Of a stretch of 64,000 nt of DNA, positions 20,901-29,733 are shown in pieces. The stretch is from IMG/VR virus record IMGVR_UViG_3300035698_010959. One strand, given 5' to 3'. A program made the translations under genes and the position numbers. Position 1 is the first letter of the stretch; each line of letters starts with the position of its first letter. The notes under the pieces are model-generated. The model ran no database searches, was not told the DNA's origin, and worked only from the letters and a program-made list of their open reading frames with translations. This DNA is from a virus.

Positions 20901-21280
20901 GTAACTATAGAGCACTTTTCTAATACGCTTGTAAAGAGTTTGGGATCTAAAACTCTTGGATCAAATACATAACTTTTTCCTATTTTACATGAAAAGGATA
21001 TAAGAAAGATAATATCATTATGCGGCTCAAGGCCAGAGGTTTCTATATCTACAGCCAGTAGTTGCTTTTTACCTAACTTTAGTAAAGCCCTACATCCTTT
21101 ATCTAATACAGATTGACTTGAGATATATTCATATTTTCCTCCTGGACAGTTTCCTGAATCAACAAGAGGTTCAGCTACCTGCATTATTTTTGGAGTTACT
21201 TTACCTTTTGGTGTATCTATAGCAAAATCAAATTGCTGTGCTATGTATGGTAAAAATACTGATTGTTTCTTTCCAAGCAT
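17969..21280 (-). CDS. polA: Family A DNA polymerase (3'-5' exonuclease plus polymerase), intein-containing
   Basis: Exo motifs VDIETSG, HGANFE, YAAGD. TGRFSS..PNSQNLP; motif A CDLSQYEVRVLA; motif B RNASKSVTFGIPYG; NAPIQG; motif C VHDE. No 5'-3' exo domain. Spliced length 685 aa. Confidence 0.95.
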   Translation of the reverse strand: MLGKKQSVFLPYIAQQFDFAIDTPKGKVTPKIMQVAEPLVDSGNCPGGKYEYISSQSVLDKGCRALLKLGKKQLLAVDIETSGLEPHNDIIFLISFSCKIGKSYVFDPRVLDPKLFTSVLEKCSIVTHGANFEWPWFKTHYKINTNIEFDTMLARQLLTAGLLKARASLEATTLELLGLHLDKECQTLFQTLHKKSPMLNKQIAYAAGDTCSLLLLQELLTKQLETENLWHIWETLEKPLIPILGEHKYLGIHVDLDHIAKLKEELEQEMRARETNFLKEMNCTRSQLNVDSPKQLLSALRDKGIPADSTDEKVLTYYKEEHKCIELLLDYREVNKLYDYIVQWGDTMYNRKTKRVHSNVKQAATDTGRFSSNSPNSQNLPQDNRFRKMIVPPQGHKVGICVKEGTKVTTNRGSIPIEQICKGDTTLTDTKTVAKVNTVIDNGIQDTLKLTTKLGYELIATPQHRIRILDNKGNYSWKELQHITKEDKIVIQPNNLVDTKQANNETLPEIIYTHSFEKSVTTPNKPTKDLAEFMGYMTGDGHFSKSGPYWVVCDKDPDLNTYLQQLCKSLFGQTPKQILHYRGVFDAQFYSTKLVAWLKSIGGAKTHAPNYLWTSDTETIAAYLRGLFESDGSVSNHPCGRLRFSTVNEQLAIDVQLLLLSIGIVSKRRLQTVKIHKNYWSISIPAAYVKDYKNKIGFISIRKKTELEKLSSRSGEKHQKRSMPSRSQKLKKLNPKGDLYKLLDNIICLERPINIQLAKDLKTTYPNVYKELELYRLLEYNQIYDTIASIENVGQNRVYDLYIPGPLTYISNGFVSHNCDLSQYEVRVLAKASNDETIIKILKDGYEAEQLLKEALKSYNITEVPDQEENADAFAKFIIDYPDIKKYIDQVYTNDFHRVTAASLFGVDPKKVTKDQRNASKSVTFGIPYGAGADTVARRSGMPVKDAQNLIITYFKTYPKIKDYLDGCKNQAKELKYTTTLAGRRRYYDVPKQGDITQNPKEYSKRISIIERAAVNAPIQGTNADTIKLATINLHKDLVQMSDYPYECRIILWVHDEIVTTAPANKIQAVVDASEARLLEAAHVYLEDVPCSVSKEIADTWKK
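18827..20080 (-). mobile_element. Intein (418 aa) with LAGLIDADG homing endonuclease in polA
   Basis: Starts CVKEGTKV; block B LIATPQHRI; LAEFMGYMTGDG and YLRGLFESDG; ends VYDL...ISNGFVSHN followed by Cys+1. Confidence 0.95.
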
Positions 21281-21312
21281 ATGTATATTATGTCCTCTTT
21301 CCTACAGTTACT

Positions 21313-21341
21313 ATTATACAGTAAATAAAGGAAAAAGTAAA
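21313..21341 (-). promoter_or_regulatory. sigma70-type promoter for polA
   Basis: TTTACT-N17-TATAAT followed by an AGAGGA RBS. Confidence 0.75.
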
Positions 21342-21342
21342 G

Positions 21343-24300
21343 CTAATTTTGCATAGTTAGTAGTGTTTCTGCTAAATTATTTATGTATCCTTGGTTCATT
21401 GTTTGTCTTTGATCGTTTATGTGTGTTGATTGAAATCCCTCTATTGGGCTTACTATATGTGAGTTTATTGCTTCTTGTAATGATGTAAGTATGTTAGTAG
21501 TATCTGTTGGGCCTTCAGTATTTCCTTCTATAAGTATATCTATTTTGTGATATACTGGTTTTTGTATTGATGCTGTTGTTGTATTTTTTACAGTTTCTAT
21601 GGGTTCAGATTTATTACTAATCTCTTGAAGATCTGGTCTTCGTCCTAAAACCATTAACGAGCCAGCCATCATTGCTCCTAATATAAGTGCATACTTTCCT
21701 TTAGTTAGTCTACCTGCATCTAATAATTCAGAAATACCTTCTAGTTTATTTCCTATTCGTGTAAATTTAGTAGTTGCTTGAGAGGTTACTAACTCTTGTG
21801 CTTCTGGCTTTATTATTTTATCTAGTATAGTTCTAAGTGGAGTAGATAGCTCTCTGCTTTGTGCAAGGTCTTCTAGAGCTGATCTCCCAATGTGTCCCAT
21901 CTCTTCTCCAGCGTACTTTCCTTGAGTGATTCGTGCTTTAGTAAAATCTTCTAGTGTACTTCCTTCATCAATATTAGTCCATCCTAACATATCCATAAGA
22001 GTGGATTGTTGTGGTTCTGTAAGTTTTGCAAATTTTTCTTCGCTTGTTGCTAGTCCTCCAAGGAATTTATAAGCTTTTGCTTTGCCTGCTCGTTGCGCTC
22101 TATATGGAGAAAGTGATGGATCCTGTAGTGCTTCACTTATAAATACATTTTCTGTATGAGCTATAGATTTACCCCACATAAGTCTATCTATTTGATTATC
22201 TCCTCTTGCAAACATTAGGTCTTCTGCTTCCATTGCTTTTGCAAGAATAAGTTGTGCTTCATTTTGTGTTTTTGTTTGTATATTTTTTAAGGCATTTTGT
22301 CTAATCTGTCTGCTTTGTAAATACTCATTAAAGCTTGCTGTTGTTTCTAGTGATTGTTGCTCGCTTGCATTAAGGTTTCCTTTGCTAAATCGTTGTAATC
22401 TTTCTACAAACTTTCTTCCTGTTAGATTGGAATAGTTTTCTGGATCTATCGCTTTTGCGGCCTTGGTCCTATTTGATTGATAGGCTTCCAGTATTTCATT
22501 ATCTAGCATGCTTTCTATTAAACGTTCTTCTGCGTCATTAGATAATATATCAACTTTTCTAGTTGTTAGAAATGTTTTTAGATCATCTACATCTAGCCCT
22601 CCAGGAATGCCTACCATTTCTGCAAGTATTTCATTTAGTCTTGAGGAGTCTGCTTTGTTTACAAGTTGAAGAGCTATACGTCTAATGTCAGATTGTATCA
22701 TTAGATCAGAAGCAATTCTTATTGATTGTGGATTATCTCCTAAAGCTTTTATTGTAAACGCTAATCGTCTGTCATGTGCTGGTATATTTACATCTGTAAG
22801 TTGAGCCCATGGCGCTACGCTTTCTATATCTTCATAATACTTCCGTAATACAAGATTCTTTTGCCAAGGTGCAAGTGTTTCATTTGCCACTAATTGATCA
22901 TGTATATTTGAATGTTTTGGTATCCATTCATTTTCTAGCCAGTTTTTTTCTAATCGTATTTGATCTGCTAGTCTTGGATCATTTAGTGCTGCATCTGTAA
23001 ACTTCATAGCATCTCTAACTGCCAGTGTATCTTCCGTTAGACCAGCAATATCATCTTCCATTCCTCCAAAGTAATCCATTGGATTAGGAAGTCCAGAGGC
23101 TTCTTCTAATACTCTTAATCGTTCTAATTCTTTGTAAGGAAGGTCTACTTCATACATCATCTTACGTATACGATTTCGTGCTAGATCTTCTACAGCTCCT
23201 TGTCTTAGTTGTAGTCCTTCTTCAATGTTAACTGGTTTAAATTCTCCTAATAACCTGTCTGGTAATGCATGTACTGGGCTATCAATTGGAGCCATAATTC
23301 TATTAGCTATTGGTTCTCCAGCTTCATTTAATTCTTGCATTACAACACGAACAGATCCACCTAAATCTTCAGCATCCCAACCATAAAGTTTAAATAGCCT
23401 TCTCTCTCTTATTCCCCATAAATACTGCATGTTGGATCCAGCACTTAGTTTTTTTGGAGATCCTCCTTTTGTTGTTTTAAATATATTAAAATTACCTGCT
23501 TGATCTAATACTGTGGGTTTATCTATAGATAGTTTATTAAATAAATCCATAGTTGTTCGTGCATCAAATAAGCCTATGTGTTCTTCTGTCCAAGCTGCCG
23601 ATCTTATCCCTAATTTTCTTGATAGATTCTGTAGACTGTATCCACCTGGCATTCCGCTTTTCATTATCTTGGATAGCATTAGTGTATCTACACTGCGATC
23701 AGACATTGTTTGTAAGCTTTTTATTACATTCTTTCCAAGGCCAAGATCTTTTGCTCTTTGTGTTAGCATACCTATATCAAAGCCTTTGTTATGTAATAAG
23801 AATAGAGTATCATCAGATTGTGTTACTATTTTGCTAGCCAGTTCTTCTATTAGAGCTGCTTCGTTTTGCATCAGCCTTGGAGTATATTTTTTTCCATATA
23901 ATAAAGATTCTTGTGTACCAATATCTAATACATCTTCTGTTTGTAGCATTCCTCCTACAGTTGTTCGTCGTCTTCTAACTGCACCTATGTTGTATATTTT
24001 ATTTGAAGTGTCTGTTTCTATGTCAAAAGCAAATAAATCTGCCTCTCCTAATAATGCTTTTTCAATATTAGTTAAGTGCTGTTTAAATGCTGCTGGAGAT
24101 TCTAATGAACCTATACCTCCTCCTTGTTTTAGTGCAAAAATAGGAAGAGTTTTACTTTTCTTAGATCGTGCAAGAGCGTTTGCTATAACTTGTGCTGCTG
24201 CAGGTGACCCAGGATCCATTGTTTTAACTATGTTATCTAATGATGTAAGAGGTATTTCTGTACTTAGATCTGTTAGGGATTTAATTATTCCTGTCTCTAT

Positions 24301-26703
24301 ATCAAGTAACTTAGTGTTTGACATAACTTGATACTGCCGTATTGATCCATTTGCTTCAGTAACATCTATAATTAAACCTTGAATAGCCTTACCTTCTGCT
24401 GTTCGTGTTCCTAAATTAAATATATTACTCATCTCTGGATGTAGTCCAAAGAATCTTACAACATCAGCATTAGCAACAAATTCATCTAATGGCCTTTGTG
24501 TTATAATATGTTGAAATCCGCCAGGACCTTCTTTAAGCTTTATTCCAAGATTATCTAATACGGTTTCTATTTGTATGTCTATGGTTGGTATATCTGTAAT
24601 ACCTACAGCCTTTAAGTCTCTTTCTAATAAATCCATAGCTGCTGCATTTTTGGATAAAAGATCCAAGCCTTCATCAGCAGATCCTACTGTAGGTATTTGT
24701 ATTGATGGATCATTTAGACTAATAGCATTGTTGAACGCGTCGTTTGGATCTATTGGTTTTGGATTTCTTACTGCTCTATTTATTGCGTCATTTACAATCT
24801 CTATTGGCTTTGTTGATTCTGTTGTTCCTTCTTGTAGGATATCATAGAATCTTACAACTGCATCTCCAACTGTATCTTCATCTGCCCCAACTGCTCTTGT
24901 TATTTGTGCAAGTAAGGGTTTTCCTGGGTCACTTGCAGTAGGATAAACTTGTCTAAGAATATTAGTTATATCTTCTGGAGTTCTTACTACTTGTTGTGCC
25001 TTTGCTTGTATTGTGTCACTTGCTGCTTGTATGTTTCTAAACTCTTCTTGATATTGTGGTAACACTTTTAAAGCATCTACTAGATCTTCTCTTGATGTAA
25101 ACTTAGTAGGTATTGAGTAAGGACTTGGTTGTATTATATTGGCAGGTTTTGCTATTAGTTTTTCTTTGCTTGTATTAATCCCTTCTAGATCAAATACTAC
25201 TCCGCCATGTCTTACTCTTATTGGTTTTCCAATACCATGTCCTCTTGCTATTTCTTCTTGCATATTGGTAGCAGCAAACATTCCTTTGTCTCTTGTTGTT
25301 GAGTGCTTACCCATTCGTTCTCTTGCTTTTAGAGATCTATAAAACCCTGTTTCTTCTCGTAGACTTTTACTCCAAATATCTTCTCCAAGATCTTCTTGTA
25401 TTTCATCTGCTAAAGTTTTATATCTACCATCACGTGTTTTTCCACCAGATTGTAGCTCATCTCCCCAATCCTCTAAATTATAACCACCACTTTTACTTCC
25501 ACCTATACCAGGCTTATCTGCTCCTATTGCTTCTGCTTTTAAAGTTGCCAGATTTTCTGAAATAATATCATGGTGTTTTGTGTATGTCCCTATTTCACTT
25601 TGAATTTTTGAAACTCTGCTGCCAGTTATCGTTCCGTATTTCTTAGGTATGCCTAATCGCCTTCCATCTGTAAAGGCTTCTGCTAAACTTTTAACTGCTC
25701 GTGTAACATCATCAACATTACCTATTCGCGCTAACTGAGTTAGTCTTGTTACCGCTTTAGAGTCATATTCATTTACTCGTAGTAGTGCATACTTTAATTC
25801 AGGATCCAGTAAATCTACATTGTTATGTCTTATTAACTGTAGTGCTGTATACTTTGCTCTATTTGTTAGTATACTTCCTGCTTGTTTTACTGAAGATAAT
25901 TCATTTCTAAGAGTAGATAGTCGTTTAGATACTGAACTTTTTGCTATGTTAAGTCTATCTAATTGTGTATCTACGCTTCCAAGTTTTGGTTTACTTGTTG
26001 CTGGATGTACCCAATCATCTGCTGCTGGTATTATATTAGCTGTTGTTGGTCCAAAGAATTCTGTTTTAGGAATTGTAGCTGTTTGTGAAATAGCACCTTT
26101 TGTTAGTAGGTCTGGATGTTCTTCTATTATTACTGCAAGAGTTTTAACTAACTCATCACTGTAAGAATCAGAGGCGTCTTGTAATATAACTTTTCGTATT
26201 GCTGCTTCTGGAGATGGTGATTTTGATCCTTCTATTAGTGGATTACTATTAATTAGTCCTCTAAATACACCTAATTTATGAGGTGTCATAGTTTCTAATA
26301 GTGCAGTTATTCGAGACATTTCTGCTCTATCAATTAATCCTATTTTTGTTTCATATGCTTGATCAATATATAGTCTTAGTTTGTTCCAGCCTGGTTTTAC
26401 AGATGTATCATTCCATTTAACTATTTGCTCAAGATCGGCGCTTGCATCTACTATAATCTTCTCACCAGATGCAAGTATTTGTTGTCCGCTTTCTGCTACC
26501 CCTCTTGATAGTGGAGTAAGTGTTCCAGAGACATGGTTCTTTAATACTTGGTATGTTTTTTTAATACCACTTCGTGATAGAATTACTGTTATAACAAGTA
26601 ACCATTCGCCAAGCGTACGTAAGTCTGTGACCTTACCTTCTTCAAGTGTAAGGTTGTCTCTTACTTTATCTCCTACATATATTCTATCTCTGTTTTGATC
26701 CAT
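21343..26703 (-). CDS. Giant (1786 aa) putative virion protein with internal DEDDh 3'-5' exonuclease domain
   Basis: AFDIET, HNKGFD, VDTLMLS, YSLQNL and EHIGLFDARTT at about 23530-24045. Hydrophobic ALILGAMMAGSLMVLG near the C-terminus. Helical, tape-measure-like composition. Confidence 0.75.
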   Translation of the reverse strand: MDQNRDRIYVGDKVRDNLTLEEGKVTDLRTLGEWLLVITVILSRSGIKKTYQVLKNHVSGTLTPLSRGVAESGQQILASGEKIIVDASADLEQIVKWNDTSVKPGWNKLRLYIDQAYETKIGLIDRAEMSRITALLETMTPHKLGVFRGLINSNPLIEGSKSPSPEAAIRKVILQDASDSYSDELVKTLAVIIEEHPDLLTKGAISQTATIPKTEFFGPTTANIIPAADDWVHPATSKPKLGSVDTQLDRLNIAKSSVSKRLSTLRNELSSVKQAGSILTNRAKYTALQLIRHNNVDLLDPELKYALLRVNEYDSKAVTRLTQLARIGNVDDVTRAVKSLAEAFTDGRRLGIPKKYGTITGSRVSKIQSEIGTYTKHHDIISENLATLKAEAIGADKPGIGGSKSGGYNLEDWGDELQSGGKTRDGRYKTLADEIQEDLGEDIWSKSLREETGFYRSLKARERMGKHSTTRDKGMFAATNMQEEIARGHGIGKPIRVRHGGVVFDLEGINTSKEKLIAKPANIIQPSPYSIPTKFTSREDLVDALKVLPQYQEEFRNIQAASDTIQAKAQQVVRTPEDITNILRQVYPTASDPGKPLLAQITRAVGADEDTVGDAVVRFYDILQEGTTESTKPIEIVNDAINRAVRNPKPIDPNDAFNNAISLNDPSIQIPTVGSADEGLDLLSKNAAAMDLLERDLKAVGITDIPTIDIQIETVLDNLGIKLKEGPGGFQHIITQRPLDEFVANADVVRFFGLHPEMSNIFNLGTRTAEGKAIQGLIIDVTEANGSIRQYQVMSNTKLLDIETGIIKSLTDLSTEIPLTSLDNIVKTMDPGSPAAAQVIANALARSKKSKTLPIFALKQGGGIGSLESPAAFKQHLTNIEKALLGEADLFAFDIETDTSNKIYNIGAVRRRRTTVGGMLQTEDVLDIGTQESLLYGKKYTPRLMQNEAALIEELASKIVTQSDDTLFLLHNKGFDIGMLTQRAKDLGLGKNVIKSLQTMSDRSVDTLMLSKIMKSGMPGGYSLQNLSRKLGIRSAAWTEEHIGLFDARTTMDLFNKLSIDKPTVLDQAGNFNIFKTTKGGSPKKLSAGSNMQYLWGIRERRLFKLYGWDAEDLGGSVRVVMQELNEAGEPIANRIMAPIDSPVHALPDRLLGEFKPVNIEEGLQLRQGAVEDLARNRIRKMMYEVDLPYKELERLRVLEEASGLPNPMDYFGGMEDDIAGLTEDTLAVRDAMKFTDAALNDPRLADQIRLEKNWLENEWIPKHSNIHDQLVANETLAPWQKNLVLRKYYEDIESVAPWAQLTDVNIPAHDRRLAFTIKALGDNPQSIRIASDLMIQSDIRRIALQLVNKADSSRLNEILAEMVGIPGGLDVDDLKTFLTTRKVDILSNDAEERLIESMLDNEILEAYQSNRTKAAKAIDPENYSNLTGRKFVERLQRFSKGNLNASEQQSLETTASFNEYLQSRQIRQNALKNIQTKTQNEAQLILAKAMEAEDLMFARGDNQIDRLMWGKSIAHTENVFISEALQDPSLSPYRAQRAGKAKAYKFLGGLATSEEKFAKLTEPQQSTLMDMLGWTNIDEGSTLEDFTKARITQGKYAGEEMGHIGRSALEDLAQSRELSTPLRTILDKIIKPEAQELVTSQATTKFTRIGNKLEGISELLDAGRLTKGKYALILGAMMAGSLMVLGRRPDLQEISNKSEPIETVKNTTTASIQKPVYHKIDILIEGNTEGPTDTTNILTSLQEAINSHIVSPIEGFQSTHINDQRQTMNQGYINNLAETLLTMQN

Positions 26704-26717
26704 AATTATAAATATAA

Positions 26718-26751
26718 CCGTCTGGAAGAAAAGGCTATTCCTCCCAGACGG
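26718..26751 (-). terminator. Terminator-like hairpin immediately upstream of the 1786-aa gene
   Basis: Minus strand CCGTCTGGGAGGAA-TAGCCT-TTTCTTCCAGACGG (14 bp including G-U) then TTATATTT. A T-rich tail also follows on the plus strand. Confidence 0.65.
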
Positions 26752-26780
26752 CCTTTGTTTTTATATTTTACTATTTAATT

Positions 26781-26936
26781 CTATCCAGCACAGGGTGACC
26801 ATGCACAATTGCTACAATACATGCATCCGCTTTCTGGTTTCATTATTCCTTTAGAGCATATTGGACAAATATTCTCTGCTTTTGTTTTTGCTGTTGCTGT
26901 TGGTTGTTGTGGTTTTGTTTCCGTTGTTTTTGGCAC
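26781..26936 (-). CDS. 51-aa Zn-ribbon mini-protein resembling the C-terminal Cys domain of class II RNR (NrdJ)
   Basis: Not in the ORF track. GTG start with AAGGA upstream; ends ICPICSKGIMKPESGCMYCSNCAWSPCAG. Confidence 0.65.
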   Translation of the reverse strand: MPKTTETKPQQPTATAKTKAENICPICSKGIMKPESGCMYCSNCAWSPCAG

Positions 26937-27028
26937 AGTAGGTTGGTCCTTTCATATAGTTGACTCCATTCTATCTGTACTACATGTGTAATGTTTGTTA
27001 TGTTATATAAGAGAGTGTATTATCTTCC

Positions 27029-27274
27029 TCAGGCAAATGGAAGATTAAGCTGTACTATTGGTTGTTTGTTGTTGTTGTGTGTTTTAGATGAACAAGCTGG
27101 ACACACATAAATGTCAAAGTTTGATTGTGCTTTAGTAGTGTAATCATCTGTATACTTTTGCATTTCTTTATAGCATCTTGGACAATACATATACTCTGGC
27201 TCAACTGGAGGTATATTTTGGTTACTGTCCTCTTTTTCTTTTTTTGAATAGAAGTACCAGTAGTTGTCATACAA
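27029..27274 (-). CDS. Zn-ribbon protein
   Basis: CPRC ... CPAC pairs. Confidence 0.55.
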   Translation of the reverse strand: MYDNYWYFYSKKEKEDSNQNIPPVEPEYMYCPRCYKEMQKYTDDYTTKAQSNFDIYVCPACSSKTHNNNKQPIVQLNLPFA

Positions 27275-27287
27275 TATAGTATGTATT

Positions 27288-27929
27288 TTAATATCCTCTT
27301 GCTTTTATGTAATCTATCATATAAGGTAATTGATATAAATCTCCTATAGGGATACATCTTGCAGGATATTTTAGAGAAGTATTTACTGGATTATTTAGTA
27401 TTTTATCATAGGTTGTCCAACCAAGTATATAACCTTCTCTTGATGTAACTCTATAGCCACAACACACATATATGTGTTGGTCTTTTGTAATTTCAGTTTC
27501 TGATATCATCATCGGAAACTTGTTTAGATGTATTGTTCTGTCGTATAAGTTAAACTTATGTTCTGGTGTTTTTAGAGAGCGTGTCTTTACTACAATATTT
27601 ATATTGTTTATTGTAAAGTCATATGAAGAAATTGGTATTTCTTTGGTTGGTTTATAATGAGAAGTCCAAGGCAAGTCATAAGATTCTTGTAAGAACTTAT
27701 GTAGTATAAGTGTTCCTACTTTACCAACTGCTCCGAATCTATATGTACATACATTTTTTGATAGTTCAGTAGCTCTTGCTGCTAATATTTTTGCATATCT
27801 CCATTGTTTACGTGATAGGTATGTAAAGTAGCATGTTTCTAATGGGTCTATTCTTAATTGACTTGAATGTACAAGTTCTCGTTGATATGGTATTTCTTTT
27901 AAGATAGAGTTTTCTTCATTGTTTAGCAT
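27288..27929 (-). CDS. PD-(D/E)XK restriction-endonuclease-fold protein, probably degenerate
   Basis: GKVGTL...YDFTINNINIVVKTRS...YILGW follows the G..GE...DF...IDVKT...I.GW pattern, with the acidic residues replaced. Confidence 0.45.
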   Translation of the reverse strand: MLNNEENSILKEIPYQRELVHSSQLRIDPLETCYFTYLSRKQWRYAKILAARATELSKNVCTYRFGAVGKVGTLILHKFLQESYDLPWTSHYKPTKEIPISSYDFTINNINIVVKTRSLKTPEHKFNLYDRTIHLNKFPMMISETEITKDQHIYVCCGYRVTSREGYILGWTTYDKILNNPVNTSLKYPARCIPIGDLYQLPYMIDYIKARGY

Positions 27930-27987
27930 AATATCTCGCTGTAATTTAAAGTTAGTAGCGTTAGACTATAACGCCAATTATGTCTCT

Positions 27988-28278
27988 CTATTTGGTATTT
28001 GATTCGTCGTCTTTATTCTCTTTTGACTTTTCTAATAATTCTTCTATTTTATCTTTTGGCAATCGTTTGTCTAAGGTTACACGAAGTAAATTTTCTGAAG
28101 TAAAGATTGTATCCAATGAAAGACCAACTATTTCCTTTTCTGTTTTCTTTATTGGGTTTTCTTTTCTACGTAACATCTTTTGTGATCTTTTTTCTGTTTG
28201 CTTTAAACGTGGCAATGTTCCTCCGTTATTACCGTGTTTAGGTGATAAGTTACTACGTTGTTTATGTTTTATACTCAA
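27988..28278 (-). CDS. Basic hypothetical protein
   Basis: The ORF track gives 28314. The in-frame TTG at 28278 with AGGAGG 6 nt upstream is a better start. Confidence 0.55.
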   Translation of the reverse strand: MSIKHKQRSNLSPKHGNNGGTLPRLKQTEKRSQKMLRRKENPIKKTEKEIVGLSLDTIFTSENLLRVTLDKRLPKDKIEELLEKSKENKDDESNTK

Positions 28279-28585
28279 TGATGTCCTCCTCAACTGTTTC
28301 AATACGTTCAACATTTGTTATTAATTCTTGTTTAAATTGTGATAAACCATATTCATCTTTTCCAATTTCTTTTACTGCTATATATCCTTCTTTTTCAGGA
28401 ATAAACCCTAAGCCCGCAAAGCCTATGTTATCTTGTATTGATTGAGAGAATCCAGTAATAACAATATCTCCTTCATATGGATCTGTATCTATGTTTGTTA
28501 ATTTAAAAAGAGCATATAGTATAGAACCATGTCCGGTTGTTAGTTTATATTTAACGGTATCACCTATATTTTTTGGAGGTTTTAT
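28262..28585 (-). CDS. Hypothetical protein (107 aa) with probable ATA start
   Basis: Open frame fills the gap below the amidase and has no ATG/GTG/TTG. AGGAG-N8-ATA overlaps the amidase stop. Confidence 0.6.
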   Translation of the reverse strand: MKPPKNIGDTVKYKLTTGHGSILYALFKLTNIDTDPYEGDIVITGFSQSIQDNIGFAGLGFIPEKEGYIAVKEIGKDEYGLSQFKQELITNVERIETVEEDIIEYKT

Positions 28586-29157
28586 TGTAAATACTCCTGT
28601 ATATATTTGTGTACTCCATTACATATTGCTTTAGCAATCAGGTTTCTTTTTTTAGTAGTAGTTAAAACTTCTCTATCATTTATGTTTGAGATAAAACCTA
28701 CTTCTGTTAGTATACATGATTTACATCTGTTGGCTAAAGCATTACGTAACATATAAAATCCCCAAATAGGATATCTAGACTTGTCTCCTTTGACTCCTCT
28801 TTTGGTAAAGAAATCTAAAGCATCTACTGATCTACAAACATATTGTGATAATACTTTACTAGCTTCAACTCCAGACCTATACCAGATTTCTGAACCATTG
28901 GCTGATTTGTTTACTGATCCATTAGAGTGTAATGATATTAGTATATCTCCATGTTTTGCAATGGAGCTTCTATAGGAATTAGATAGTGTTTTATCTGTAT
29001 CTCGTGTGAATACTGTTGTATATCCTAATTCTCTAAAAAAATGTCCTAACATTTTAGCACAAGCTAAAACTATATCTTTTTCTTTTGATCCTCCAGCACA
29101 TGCTCCTGGATTGCTATTTCCTCCGTGACCAGGATCAATTACAATTCTTGGTTTCAT
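28582..29157 (-). CDS. N-acetylmuramoyl-L-alanine amidase (Amidase_3), candidate endolysin
   Basis: IVIDPGHGG, KEKD, ISLHSN and LTEVGFISN Zn/catalytic motifs; no cell-wall-binding domain. Confidence 0.92.
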   Translation of the reverse strand: MKPRIVIDPGHGGNSNPGACAGGSKEKDIVLACAKMLGHFFRELGYTTVFTRDTDKTLSNSYRSSIAKHGDILISLHSNGSVNKSANGSEIWYRSGVEASKVLSQYVCRSVDALDFFTKRGVKGDKSRYPIWGFYMLRNALANRCKSCILTEVGFISNINDREVLTTTKKRNLIAKAICNGVHKYIQEYLQ

Positions 29158-29178
29158 TTGTTGTAGTTACTCCAGTAA

Positions 29179-29733
29179 TTAATCTTTCTTTTCTGTAATT
29201 GGCATAAACCCAGTTTCTTTTTGTTTTGGTAAGCATTTTCCAGTCCATAATTCATGCGCTATTCCATATGATATTATCTTTTCTGAAGATAAAAAGCTTT
29301 CTTCTTTTAGCAAAGAGTTCCATTTTTTTCTTTCTAAGTTAGTACGACTTACATAAAAATCTACAATAGAGGATGTTACTCTTTTATGGTCTATTTTTTC
29401 TTTATCTACTTCTATTAGGTTTAATGTATCTCCTCCATAATACCAACTTATACCGTGTAATAACATGTATGCATGTTTTGATATATATCTCTTATTTGCG
29501 GCCATATATATAGTAGTAGCAGCACTTGATACCTGTCCAAGACCAATAGAGGTTGTATTATCATAACATGAAATTACATCTGTAAGAGCTAAAGCGGGAT
29601 ATAGCTGTCCTCCTTCACTATTTATAAATATAGTAACTGGAGCATTTTTTGGATGGCGTATAAGTGTATCTATTATAGGAGATATTTTTTCTAAAGTTAT
29701 TTCTCCAAATATTGTAAGTACTAAGTTGTCCAC
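29179..29733 (-). CDS. clpP: ClpP-family protease
   Basis: INSEGG, GLGQVSSAA (catalytic Ser), KRYISKHAYMLLH (His), FLSSEKIISYGIA. Confidence 0.85.
   Translation of the reverse strand: MDNLVLTIFGEITLEKISPIIDTLIRHPKNAPVTIFINSEGGQLYPALALTDVISCYDNTTSIGLGQVSSAATTIYMAANKRYISKHAYMLLHGISWYYGGDTLNLIEVDKEKIDHKRVTSSIVDFYVSRTNLERKKWNSLLKEESFLSSEKIISYGIAHELWTGKCLPKQKETGFMPITEKKD

Noticed and set aside
21343-26703. Virion RNA polymerase in the giant proteins
   Set aside because: No DxDGD-type catalytic motif found by eye; a cryptic fold cannot be excluded without structure prediction.
27055-27357. Overlapping 100-aa minus-strand ORF
   Set aside because: Overlaps two better-supported genes in other frames; no motif.
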